From contig NW_019091357.1 in NCBI RefSeq assembly GCF_001949145.1, positions 1,977,704-2,041,703 of the forward strand: DNA of 64,000 nucleotides. Direction: 5' to 3'. The stretch comes from Acanthaster planci. Lineage: Eukaryota. The position numbers and the translations under genes were made by a program. This document shows positions 27,001 to 39,343 of the stretch, in pieces; positions within the stretch are counted from its first letter, which is position 1, and every line of letters begins with the position of its first letter. The notes under the pieces are model-generated. The model was not told the origin of the DNA and made no database searches. It was given only the letters and a program-made list of their open reading frames with translations.

Positions 27001-28329
27001 TCCCGGCCACTACAAGCCTCATGAACCAGTCGAAGAGCCTGCTAACAGGTTACTGATGCCGTAAGTTCACAGTCCGGTTTTTAGTATTTCTTCTTTCCAA
27101 ATAAGCACATTTCATGCAACTGCTTACTTGAATTCTAGTTTTTGTTCCTACATCCTTGCTTATTAAGTCTCTCAACTTCTGTCGCTGACAAAGTTGAGGT
27201 ATAGAATAGTTTTGTTGCATGACTGAAAGTTAATGCTATACTTGAGTTTCAATCTGGTACAGCACCAGTTTCAAATCATCTACGAATGCGGGTGAAATCT
27301 CGCACGAACATGTGGTGTGTATGCTGGAGTTACTGTGGGTGGGCATTCACCACGTTCAGGGGACAAGTTCTTTTGTTAGGGAAATTTGAACTGAGTTATG
27401 GGGGCATTTCTGAGTCCCCACAACGTTTTTCAGGGTCCCCACAGAATAGGTGATATGTCAAGTGTATGTCCCCACAACTACGGTGCGGGAGTGTGTGGTC
27501 TTGCGTGGTTTTTTTTTAACCATACTTTGGAAATCACAAGCAGTGCCTACTATCATTAATGGCCTCCTACCCCATCTGTTGCAGGAGAAAGCATTACTTG
27601 TGTATATCCGCCCCTGCTATGCCCCTCCCACCTCCCTTACCAGAGCCGGGCCCGGGCAGCTACGAGCTGGTCAACTACAAGGGTCCATCTAAGCATTACA
27701 TGTCCGGAGCAGTGTTTGTGTCGACGACAAGTCGATGGACGGGCAACGTCCACAGGACCTTGGATAACCCGGGACCAGGTATACATTTTTTGTTGATTCG
27801 ACATTGTTCTTTAGGACTGTCACAGTGGATTGGATTTCTGGAAGTTGGTCTCTGCTACTTAACACGTTGACTTGTAGTCGGCAGTCAAATTGTTAAGGCC
27901 TAAAACGTGGATCAGACGTCCGGATGGGGGCAGATTTATTGCTTCTCTTTGGTTCTACAGGGTACACTTGTGGATTCAGGACATCCCAATTTGTGTTTTT
28001 GTTTTCCCCACTTCAATTTCCATTTACTAAAAAAGTATTCAACTTTGCAGTCCACAGCAAGTGAACAAACCCTGCTTCCAAATTCTTGCTTTCATAAACC
28101 CAGGTTGCATTTGCATGCAAAGTCATCCCGCCTGCTCATTTCCTTATCTGCAGTACCGTTTGTTGTAACAGAGACTTGCAAAGCTCAAGAGGCATTGAAA
28201 CTTCTTCACGATCAATGCTAGATTGCTATTTTTTTTTCTATTCCCTTTGCAGCAACGTACCGACCAGAACCTGTCAATAAAGGCCAGTCGTTCCTGTACA
28301 ACGCACAGAAGAAATGGATCCTACCATGA
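24044..28329 (+). CDS. STPG1: Sperm-tail PG-rich repeat protein 1 (STPG1/MAPO2-like), ~346 aa, 9 exons
   Basis: Exons 24044-24122, 24659-24780, 25163-25267, 25827-26006, 26177-26288, 26721-26824, 26993-27060, 27585-27778, 28253-28329. Repeated PGPGxY/PAPxQY (SHIPPO-type) motifs, SSIPTKYQT, RKHYLCISAPAMPLPPPLPEPGPGSYE, C-terminal QSFLYNAQKKWI. Confidence 0.88.
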
Positions 28330-29354
28330 TCCTCCAAAACTCCTGCTTACCCGTCCGACCTCAGTTTTGTGGACTGTCGTAGCTGTCCCCTTGGCAGGAT
28401 TTCAATATTTATCGAAGTGTGAAAAGAAGATATTCCCAACTTTGTTTCTGGAAAGATTGAAACAGAACCTCAGAACCCGTAGAGCTGTAAGCTAAGCTAT
28501 TCATACAACACGTCCACAAATGTACGAGGTCAGCTTAAAGGAATGGAAAGTTGTTTTTTTTTTACAGTTGTCCAGCTCCGGAATGAAAACGTTCTCTGAA
28601 ACTTCACAGTGCATTTAAGCTCCCCAAAAATCAAGTTTCATTTTTTCAGTAAAAATATTTTGGAGTGTTTTCTAAAAGTGTAACAAGTCAAGCCTGATGA
28701 TAAATAGGTTATGAGTGTTCCAGATGGGTCCTGAAATATTTGAAATCTTCCTACAAGGAATTTAATTGGCACTCACTTTTTAGGGGGTTGTGAATTGGGA
28801 ATAGAAGGTGAACTGTGATCCGTCCAGAATCTTTTTTTTAAATTTTGGTGTATAAAACTGCTTTTACTGTCAGGAGGATAAAAAAAATCTTAAGATTTTT
28901 AGATACAGGCATTTTGTTTTCCAAAGCTTGTAATATTTATTTGTAAATAAAATTGCATTTACGTACCTGCTTGTAAATTAATTTTTAAATGTATATATGT
29001 ATAACATTAAAATAAAAAAGGTGATATGAATTTTGTGCTTTGTGTATATTTTTTAGAAAAAAAGGTTTTTCTTAATTTTTCATCCAAACCTTAGAATTGG
29101 ATTTCGTCCGATTTCATAGCATTGGAATTTACGAACAAGTGTCTGGTGCAGACGACTCCTCACTTACAAAAGCGCCACCAACGGTAACTGGTGCTCAAGC
29201 CACCATACGTCACGGTTTCCATGCCGCTAACACGACGCCTTCTAACACGCCACCGCGGGGTCTATAAACAATCATTTGATTGGTGCTGCAACACAGAATG
29301 AAAACAAAGTGGCAAATAGCAGACCCTTTTGAGTTGTGACTCGGTGGATGTTGT

Positions 29355-29367
29355 GTTGCTTAGCGAC
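29355..29367. promoter_or_regulatory. RFX X-box-like motif in the TEKT2 promoter
   Basis: GTTGCTTAGCGAC (reverse complement GTCGCTAAGCAAC). Nearby forkhead-like TAAACAA (~29265) and ATTGG. It lies upstream of a likely non-coding exon 1 (donor gtgagt at 29561, acceptor at 29919). Confidence 0.65.
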
Positions 29368-29934
29368 GAACATATGGGAGTGTGTTTTGGTCGTGCCACA
29401 CGCATGCGGCAGGCTAGTATATATTCGTCGTGTTGTGAGAGTGAAAAAGCGCACACACATATCTACGGGCTCACACATCCAGAAGAAACTAGGGTTTTAT
29501 TGAGCGACTTGTGTTGTAGAAAGCTACATTTTTCTTCCGTTTCTGTTGAGTGTATTTGTGGTGAGTTGATTGCTGAGCTTTAGCATGTTTGGAATGAATT
29601 GAGCTACCTGCCGTAACTTTGCTAAACGATAGGCCTTACGTTATATTGTTTTTCCAAAGTTTGGCCTAAATTTGTGAAATTAGGTTAACTTTCAGACGTA
29701 AGGCTAGGCTAATCATGTTAATCTTAATGACCACCTTAGGCTGAGCCGACGCGCCAAGGCCAACAGGCTCAGGTTTGAATAGGGCCTAGTAGACCTAGGT
29801 CCACAGATGATACTATCCCTGCTTGGTAACACTACAGATTTTATGTTGAAAGATGTTATGTTTTCTGTGTGCATTAGGCCTATTTGTTTTTTCTGTGTCT
29901 TGCATGAAAAATTCCATAGGGGCCTAGCCTAATC

Positions 29935-32268
29935 ATGTCTATCAGAGCAGACATAGCCAGCAAGCCAGTCACTCACTTCGCTCCGTCTGACTGGCACACC
30001 AACAACCACCTCCTTGCCACAAACGCTGAGAAGCTCCGCGATGGCTCCCATGACACTCGCCAGAGCTCCCACCAACTCCGCAATGAGACATACAACCGCA
30101 CAGCCTGGGGCATCCATGACAGCACCACGCGGCTGTCCAACCGTATCGACGACATAGAGAAGTGGCGGGAAACACTGGAGAAGACACTGGCTGACACGGA
30201 CGAGGAGATTGCTAGACTCGCTCAGATGAAGGATGAAGCCGAGAGGGCACTGGAGGCCAAAGCGTTGCCCCTTGATGTTGCGACCGAGTGTGTAACACTC
30301 CGAGACGGCCGCAGAAAAATTGATGTTGTTGATGATGAGGCTAGTTCACAGTTGAATAAGGTAAAAACTTAAGTCTAGAAATGCCTATAAAAATGAAGCA
30401 CGAAATGATGGAAAAAGAAATTCAAAATGTACAGCAGATTACATTATTTATTTAAGAGTCATAAACAAAATTATTAAATTCTTTCCTGGGATGAGTAAAG
30501 TTACTTTCAGCAATGGAGCATTGTAAAATCTCTACAACACACTTGTCACCTAAAACTCCTCATTTCAGAATGTAAACATGACTTCTTATTTCCCTGACCA
30601 GGAAGTAGAGGTAATCGAAGGCATCAAGGAGGCCTTGCAGGCCAAAGTGGCCTCGGCCTTTGAGCAGCTGTGTCTTCTACAGGAGGCCCGCCAGCAGCTG
30701 GCCGCAGACCTGCGCGACAAGACGGAGGCCAAACAGATCGACACATACTGCAAGGATCTCAGCATCGATTCACCCGACATCTGCCTGCAGCCAAACTCCA
30801 CCCGCACGCCCAAGGGGTTGGTCCTGTTGCGTTGTAAACCCGTTAAGAAAATTGAACCAACAAATGGTCTCTCGGTGTTTTTGTATCGAGTACATGTATG
30901 CCGCGTATTAATATCCGAATTTTGAATTTCATTGAATAGGAGTGTGACCCCTCAGACATGGCAGGACTTCAGCCAGTACAACACAGACCGCGCCAATGCC
31001 GAGATCCGCTCATCCACCCACCTACGCGAGGCCATCAACAACACCATCAAACAGACCGACAACGACCTGGAGGCCCAGCGCCAGGCCTCGGAGTTTGCGC
31101 TACGGAAACGCATCCACGAGATGGAGCAGGCCAAAGATGAGGACGAGTGGCAGAAGAAAAATGTGAGTGCAGGACAGAGTCTCGTGACTTACGACTCAGA
31201 CTTTGGACCTGACACAGGACAAGTTCAAATGAAATAAAGTCACATTATTCCCAGACAGGAAAAAATTCATTTCATAAATTTGTACACCTGATGATTATCA
31301 CTGATGTATTTTCTTCCTTTGAAACAGACAGAAGAGGAGATTGCCAAACAGGAGAAGAACATTCGAGATCTCGAGCGTGCCATTGAAGACAAGCAGAAGC
31401 CCTTGATGTTGGCCATGACACGCCTGGAGAACCGCACCTACAGACCAAACGTGGAACTCTGCCGAGACAACGCCCAGTACGGCCTGGTGGGGGAAGTACA
31501 TGAGATCCAGGACTCAATCAAGGCCTTGCAGAACAAGCTGCAGGACTCACAGTAAGTTGCTCAGTCTCAATAATCATAATTGACGAGGATCATCTCTGTA
31601 AAGCAATGCTTCAGATGCTGCCTTTGGGTCACTGCCTAATCTTCATAGAGAATAAATTGAGAATGCACCAAGAGGATTTCCAAATCTCAACCTTTATGTT
31701 TGTCTCTGCCTAATTTTTACCCCCGACTTTGGAGTTTCAGATCATGAAAAGGTTTCGTTGGAGAAGGATGGGAATATACATGCATTTTCATTTAGTTTCG
31801 ACATTATTGGCCTGCAAACTGTTTCCATGTCAGAAACGAAGCCTGAGACATAGTTGAGATTAAATAAAAACCAATGCTACAAATGCTGAGTGTGAAGTTT
31901 TTAATTCCAGGAGAGATACTGCAAAAAGAATATGAAAAAAAAAACTAATGAATTTTCAAATACCCCTGTAAAATACTGAAGTAAACAGTGTGTTTTTTGG
32001 GGTTTGTTTGGTTGTTTTCCAGTACCTAAAGCTAACCCACTGACTACCCTTTTCTTTTCACAGCAACATCAGGGATGCTAACGAGAAGCAACTTGACCGC
32101 ATCAAGCAGGATCTAGTGCTCAAGAACAACTCCCTGGACCTGGACAACAAGTGCATGAAGGTCAGGGAGCAGCTGACCTCCGGCCCCGTCACCCAAACCC
32201 AGAAGAACTTGGGCACATTCCGGACCGATCGGGAGCTGTACACTGCCATGAATGCCATCCAATATTGA
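29935..32268 (+). CDS. TEKT2: Tektin-2 (tektin B), ~430 aa, 5 coding exons
   Basis: Exons 29935-30360, 30602-30816, 30940-31162, 31328-31551, 32064-32268. N-terminal SDWHTNNHLL, LPLDVATECVTLRDGRR, and tektin signature RTYRPNVELCRD. Confidence 0.95.
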
Positions 32269-34149
32269 GGCTTATCAAGGATTTGGAGGGGGGGAGTTGT
32301 TGGTCGGAGCTCTAACAGGGAGGTCCAGTTATTCAACACTGCAGTATGTGGAAATCTGTTGACTTGGTAGCAGAGACAAAGGAGTTTTCTTCACTGTTGC
32401 TAATCACCTCCGAGTGTCTTGGGTTCCGAGCGGCACTTTTCAAGAACTGCTCCCGAATTCTCTCTGATGAGATTTTTTTTTAGTCAAGAGGTGTACCGTA
32501 TTCAAACCAGATCAGATTTGTAAACCTGTACGGATTCTGAGACATGAAAGCAAATGTTGTCATTGTTTCTTTCCCTATTCTGAGAACACATTTACATAAA
32601 GCCCTACCAAGTCAGCGTTTCTGCTACCGAGTGGATAGATTATGTCCTCCTTTTCAAGCCCGAGAGAGAAATGTTAATTTATATCCCGTACTTCCAAAAA
32701 CATTGTACAGAATAACCAATGTTTCCAGTAAGTCCTCTGGTCAGTTGACCATTTTACCATCATGAGACTGTGAAATTTTACCTTCCAATAATTCTCAACA
32801 CAAGTAAAGCAAATGACCACTTTGCCAATTACTGTCCTGCAAAATCTGTCCATGTATTGCAGCCAGACAGCATTTTATAAGAGCTGCTTGTTCTTTTTTT
32901 TTTAATATTAAATATGCTTTAAAAGGTAACATGATTTAACTGGGTTGTCGTGTTACTGTTTGGTGTAGGCTGGCAGCAACATTTCTGAGGCTGGAACACC
33001 ACACCAACAGTATCTTTGTCAGTTACAGGGCGCAGTTTAATCAATTATAAACCTTAAAACTTAAAAGCTCTCCTGTTTCAATTATCTTCAATTTTTTTTT
33101 GAGTGAAAAGAAGAAGTAAAGCAGTAAAAACTGGGTCGACTTTTTCTTCAGTAAATCGGACTTCGGAGGGAGGGAAGGGGGCTTAGGCAAGGGACAATGA
33201 TATGCATGGATTTATTTTGTACTCAAGTCTAACTTATCAAATGCCTTATTGCATGGTTGTAGTGAAATAGAAATCCAGTGAATTGTCAAATGCACATTGA
33301 GCAATTTCTGTTATTTTCAGCACTGTATATAGTGTGAGTATTAATATGCATCAAATTTTCTTTAATGTGGCAATGCATGAATATCCTAATAAAGAACTGT
33401 CATAAACTCAGTTCAGACTTCTTCAATTTGACTGTTTTTCCCATTGTCAAAGTCTTCTTCCAAACGCTACAAAGAAATAGAACGCACATTATACATGTAC
33501 ATATTTCCAGTGCAACATTCAGCATGTTTATAGGTTATTTTGACTGCAAAATAAGCGCAGAAAGAAAGACTAAATAAACAAGGAAACTTATTTTTCGTTT
33601 TTTGTAAATTTATGTACAGACATAACCATACAGACATGTAATGTCACAGGTTCCTGAAACTGAGCACTCGAACACAAAGCATGAAAAAAATACAATATGA
33701 TGAATGGAAATTTTCCACCTTTCGCTAATCCGGCAGACACAGGACTGTACTTCTTAAAAAAAACAACCTCCCTCAGAACTAAGCAGCAGTTGAAAGTTTC
33801 CAGAGAGTTCAAAGATATTTTTTAATTGAATACACCTGTACGTGTAGAAGTACATGTATATGCAAACATTAAATAAGAGTGTGCATGCCATCACGATTTT
33901 CAAGACAATTCTATACCAACTTTACAAATATACAACTGGCAGTTTCCATGGAATTTATTATCAAATTATTTAATGGACGGATGGAGCAGTTGGAATGTTC
34001 CGCATGAGCACCCTGGGGCATGTTTTGGCATGCATGAAACAATGTCTGTTTGTGATATAACCGTGAACAGTCCTTATTCGCTTGCAAAAAACCCATGAAC
34101 TAAAACATTGTTTCAATTTCATGCAAACGAGCACAGCGTACCCCTCACT

Positions 34150-37100
34150 TCAAATCAATGGAGGTACGTCAGGGTCATCCACAAAGTCCTCACTATTGGG
34201 TCTATCCACAGCCTCCTTCCTCTTTGTACACTCATACGGTCCATGTTGGCCAGACTTCTCTGTCACCATGAGGTCCACATTTTTTGCCAACGTTGGATCG
34301 ACCTCCAACGTTCCACCAAACGGGCTGAGGAGAGGAAAGAAAAGCGATCTTGGGCCTTACCATTTGCCAAAGACATGATAAAGTCCGGGTCATTTTGACA
34401 AAGATACAACACCCCAAATGTTTACATTATCTATGCCTAACTAATTTTATTTCATTAACAAACGTGGGGTCACTCATCTAAATAAATGGATTAAGGATGA
34501 GGCAAACCTTATTTGAAAAAATTAATGGGGTGCAATTATAACAAATGACAACAAACCTTCCCATTGATTTCCTCTGCTTTTCCTCATCTATGGATCTGAT
34601 GTCTCTTGCGGTGTTGGTTGGTTTTGTGACTTTGGCCTTAATGACCTTGTTCGCCTTTACAATAAAAAATATTAACAAATTTATCACCAATTACAAACAT
34701 TCGGCAATTGCATTTCATGTACATGTACTTCCATAGTGCTGCCTCAGGTAAAGATATCTATGCCCAGATGACCTTTAGGAATGTGACCTTTGACCTTGGC
34801 AAATTGACCTCTTACCTTTGGCATTGTGATGAGCAGATGTCCAGTGGTCTGTGACCGCTGGGCCTTGCTGCTGTCAGGCATGATCTCTTCTGTCAAAACC
34901 AACTGGAACACCTATGAACACCGAAGAAAAAAAAAATGAGACTAGCCCGTAATCAATTTGACAAATTTACAGTTGCTGTTGTATAGAAACACAGACAAGC
35001 CGATTCCTGACCTTTCCTTTGATGACAACCTTGACGTGGGTCGGTTGGACATCCACATCGATGAGTGAGGTATCAAGGTATTTATAGCATGCCACATCCA
35101 GGCATAGACAATTGTTCGCTTCGTCGTCTGTCAGTGAGAAGTCAATTCTGTCAAGAGTTAAAGTTGTGATCTGTTATGGCACGTGCAGATACGATGTGAC
35201 ATCAATGGCATCTCCAATAAAGTGACTTCAAAGCCGTCCCCGACTTTTGGCAATGAAAGTCAAACGACCGAGGATCATCAATTCACTACAACTCGCTCAG
35301 AATGAACAGTCGACATGTGTACATTCAGATTTCATGCAAACAACTGCAGCAAAAGAGCATATCCCATTCTCAAATCCTGGGAACAGCCATTTGAGGTTAG
35401 CCGGGGAGAAAAATCAGCATTGCAACACAGGTTTTGGCCATCTAAAGGCTCACATCCTTCCAAAGATCAGTTCTTTGCCCTCATACTGACTTACAATTAC
35501 ACATCCGCTTATGACACCTCATGAAGGCTTGCATTATTTGTTTCTACTTGAAGGGTTAAAATTGGACTCACTTTGCTTCATTAACATTCAGTAGTTTACC
35601 ATCGTCAGTCTTCAACCGGATCTTCCGTTTGGGAACATCGGGACCAGGTTTCCTTCCGTGAGCAAAAGCAATGGCAATAACACACAGGAGTCAAGGACGA
35701 GTGCAAACAGAGTATTGGACCAGCATGGGGTCTGGTTGGGTTAGATCGAGAATTACCATTGCTTTATTGCATGGAGAAGAAATTAATGATAAACGATTGA
35801 GGAAAATGATATCAACTTACGATTTCTTCTCGTCTTTTTCCCTCGCCTTCTTGACATGTTCGTGAACTGCTATTCTGAACTCGGGAGTGAATTCTGTTTC
35901 CTCCTGCCAGAAACTGCACATGAATAGCAGTCACAAAAACATCTCACACAATCTCTTTCAAATTCCTATCCTGTTGCTTTAAGACAGTTGACATATCTCA
36001 AAACCTTCAAACCAGTCTTTCAACTTGAAACTAGTGTCCAAAGGAGAAACCAACCTGCTTAAGTCCTCTTCCGTTTCCATGGTTTCTGTCTCATCGTCTT
36101 CCTGAATTCCTTGGCCGTTTGAGCTGCTCTCCTTTGTTCTGGTTGAGTCCCTGAGAAAACAGCGATGGAAAGTTTTCTAAATCAAATAACATCAACATCA
36201 GCTTGGACCTAGTTGCAAGGTTTGACTAATAAGCATTTGTAAAACTTCATATTAGTGTAAATACCTCAATGTTTCAGCACAGATATGAAGTAAACTCACC
36301 CCTCGTTCACATCAGTGTACCAGCGACCATCGAATCCAGGCCTTTTGTTCTCCTCCATTTTCTTACTTTCTCCTTTCTCTTTTTCCTTCCAAGACAGAAA
36401 GTGTCAAATCCAAAGGCTGAAACCATTCTGCTCACACATTTTTTTTTAGGGATGATGAACAACAGAAGTGCATCCGATACTCACTCTTTTTATTCTGTAC
36501 TCTTCTTCTTGTTGAAGTATCTTGGGTCGGATGCTGCTCAAGGCTTGGACCGCTTTGATTCGCTCCGATTTTTCTATCTCTTTACCGTCAAGATACTGTC
36601 CAAAGAACAACCCTCATCACTTTTGTCATTTTACTGCAATTGATTCTCAACAGGCAAGAGAAAGTCTATTACAATTAATGAAATGTGGAGGTTCTGCACC
36701 TGTACTTTTGTGCTCATTCCTATGAAATTGCTTACCTTTAACTGTGGCAAGACGGCAACGACATACTCCCTGTATCCTTCAAACTTTGTGCATGGGTTGC
36801 CTGTTAAGAACCTGAATAAAGAACACGAGGCAATACAACGATATTTGGAGTGATTGCAATTTTGGTTGGGTTAATTTTAAAAAACCTACAAAAATCAATC
36901 CAGACCTCCAGAGAATTTTGAAGAATCTCGCAGGCTTACGGTGAATAAATATACTGTACACCCAAATGCCTTGTAACATCACACAGTCTTGCATCGACGC
37001 AAATATCGATTTTACTTACAGCTCTCTCAGGTTGTAGTTTTCCTTCAGGCTCTCAAGACTCGTGAGCTCCCCTACAAAATTAACGGTAAGGTCCAATTTC

Positions 37101-38798
37101 TTGAGTGACTCACACCCTGAGGAACAATAGGGAGATGGAGGAAAGAATGGTACCACGTAATCTTTGTGAGTTGTAGGGGTACACATGAGAACAAACTGTT
37201 TTAGTCCATATGAACCTTGACCATTTCCCTCTGTGGAGTCACTAGGCCAATCAGATCACTTTGTTTTAATGCATGCTGCAGCATTGCATTCTTGTTTGCC
37301 CGTGCTCAATTCTGTCTCTTCTCTGGGGCAAAGCTGGCGGAACGCGGGCAGCTGTAAGGACAAAAACATGACTGGTCTCACCTTCCAAGCTCTCGATTCT
37401 CTCGACATTGTTTAGTGCCATGTTGAGGTATTCCATCTTCTTCAATCTGCTGACATTCTCTGAGAAAAAAAAGGTCAAACAATGAAACTATGGTCAAGAA
37501 AATAATGTCAGTTTGGTTAGTACGGTTTGGTTAGTATGGTGAAAATTCTTGTTTTCTACAGTAAATTTCTGGGTTCATTCTCACCTATTTTGGGAATGAG
37601 ATTGCTTTGTAGATACAGGATTTTCAGCTCACGGCACCATTTATCCAAATGCTCTATCCTATTGGTGAGGATAAACATGTATGAATATTCATGAAATACA
37701 AGGATATATAAACCAATCAGCGGCATGTGTCAGACAGGTCCATTCACTGATATAAGCTTGCATTAAAATTTCTATCCCTACTTATATAAAAGTTGCACTG
37801 ATATTCTGTGACTTTGTTTTACATCTAATGCTGCATATTACTTGTAAATAAATAGAAGTTTGAAAAATACCTTGAAAAATCATTATTGGGGCTTAGTACC
37901 ACACAGATATGTGAAAATGGGAAACAAAAAAAGAAGTGTTCATTTTCCAAATTCAAATTATTAATTTGAAAACTGTGCAAGTTTTCCACAAATGTGGGAT
38001 TTTAAGGAACAACAATAGCATACCAGATGTCATTAAAAAACTTCACTGTTCACTTGCTTGACACAATTAAGATAACTAAATAAAACCTGTTGGAACTAAC
38101 TGCATGCAACTGAGAGAGGTTGGGATTCTGAAAGGTACAAGACGGGAAATGAACTCTTTAATTCATGAAAGAAAGCTCAAAAATTGAGCCCACCGTTCAA
38201 TATCTTGCTGATGGAGGGAGATTTCTTCCAGTGTTGATATCTCCATGTTATTGTGTTCTGCCCGCTTGCGGATTAGGTCCTCTGAAACTTGACGAGGTGA
38301 AAATGAAAAGACACTATGCAGAAAGGCAATGAAAAATCTCTTTATTAACGTTAATAATAAAACGGTTTACAGTCACTTCGCCCCATTTCCACATCACCCC
38401 ATCTCCACTTCGCCCCATTCCCACTTTGCCCCGTTTCCACCAGGCCCCATTTCCAGTTGGACTAGCATCGGTGTTATTTCTCATCCTCTTCAAGTTTATT
38501 TCAAAGCGACATACACAATTCTGTTCACATCGGTCTGGTAATTAATTGTTGATGCATCTGCATCTGGACAGCTGTACCCGGGTGATCGAATAAAGCTCAG
38601 CACGCAGGAAATTTCGTGGAAACATGCTCACTTCAAGTACGAGCAAAACAACTTAAACTTAAACTGATGAAACACAGAAAATACACACATAGACAAAATA
38701 CTAAAAAATTAAGGTGAAGAAATCTTGCAACATCAATTTTTTTTCGTGTAACATTATAACTTGGGAAAAAAGTGCAGTCGTCACTTACTTCGCACCAT
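34150..38798 (-). CDS. DNAAF11: Dynein axonemal assembly factor 11 (LRRC6/tilB), ~466 aa, 15 exons
   Basis: Exons 38789-38798, 38194-38287, 37585-37658, 37382-37459, 37020-37116, 36736-36811, 36485-36595, 36300-36385, 36055-36150, 35821-35913, 35572-35652, 35012-35147, 34816-34911, 34557-34654, 34150-34324. [16 protein letters not shown], LRRs, LRRcap ([21 protein letters not shown]), [11 protein letters not shown] domain, C-terminus [12 protein letters not shown]. Confidence 0.95.
38369..38455. repeat. ~15-bp minisatellite (CCACTTCGCCCCATT-like, ~5 copies) in DNAAF11 intron 1
   Basis: Visible repeated units; possibly the end of a transposon remnant. Confidence 0.75.
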
Positions 38799-39343
38799 CT
38801 TTGTCAAGACCAGAGCTAAATTCACCACCACTGCAGCTGCAAGACTAATACTTCACTTGTTCGAATCTAGGAGAGCAGTAATGAACCTCTGGTGGTTGTA
38901 ACTATCCTTGTAACGTGTAAACCAAACTTCATTAACATTACTGAGTTTGAATTGACTACTCACACACCACAGTCTAGTTTGATGTAACCAGAGAGCAGCT
39001 AGCTAGTTGTAAACAGAATAAATAGCGCCACCAATAGCTCAGACCGTCTGATCAATAATTTCGTTAAAACTCCATCTGAAGACTGTTGTCTGCTATTACC
39101 ATTTAATTTTTTTATTATAAGATTTCTCCCAATTTTAGTATACCGTCTGCCTTTTGTAGATTGAAACTGAAAAAAAAACCAATTCACCCGAAATTAAGGA
39201 TAACCTGATGGAGGGGGGGTATAGTGTCTAGTTCCCATCTCCCACTCTCTGTTCCTACCTATGGCGTGTATGCCTGGGGCATACCGGCGCGGTACCGACC
39301 AAACATTCCACTTGTGAAAAAACCCACAAAAACATGACACGGG

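Noticed and set aside
27779..28252. U12-type intron in STPG1 (donor GTATAC)
   Set aside because: It lacks the GTATCCT consensus and has an ordinary polypyrimidine acceptor.
37659..38193. U12-type intron in DNAAF11 (branch-like TATCCTCAC next to the acceptor)
   Set aside because: The donor is GTGGGC, not GTATCCTT, so it is treated as a U2 intron.
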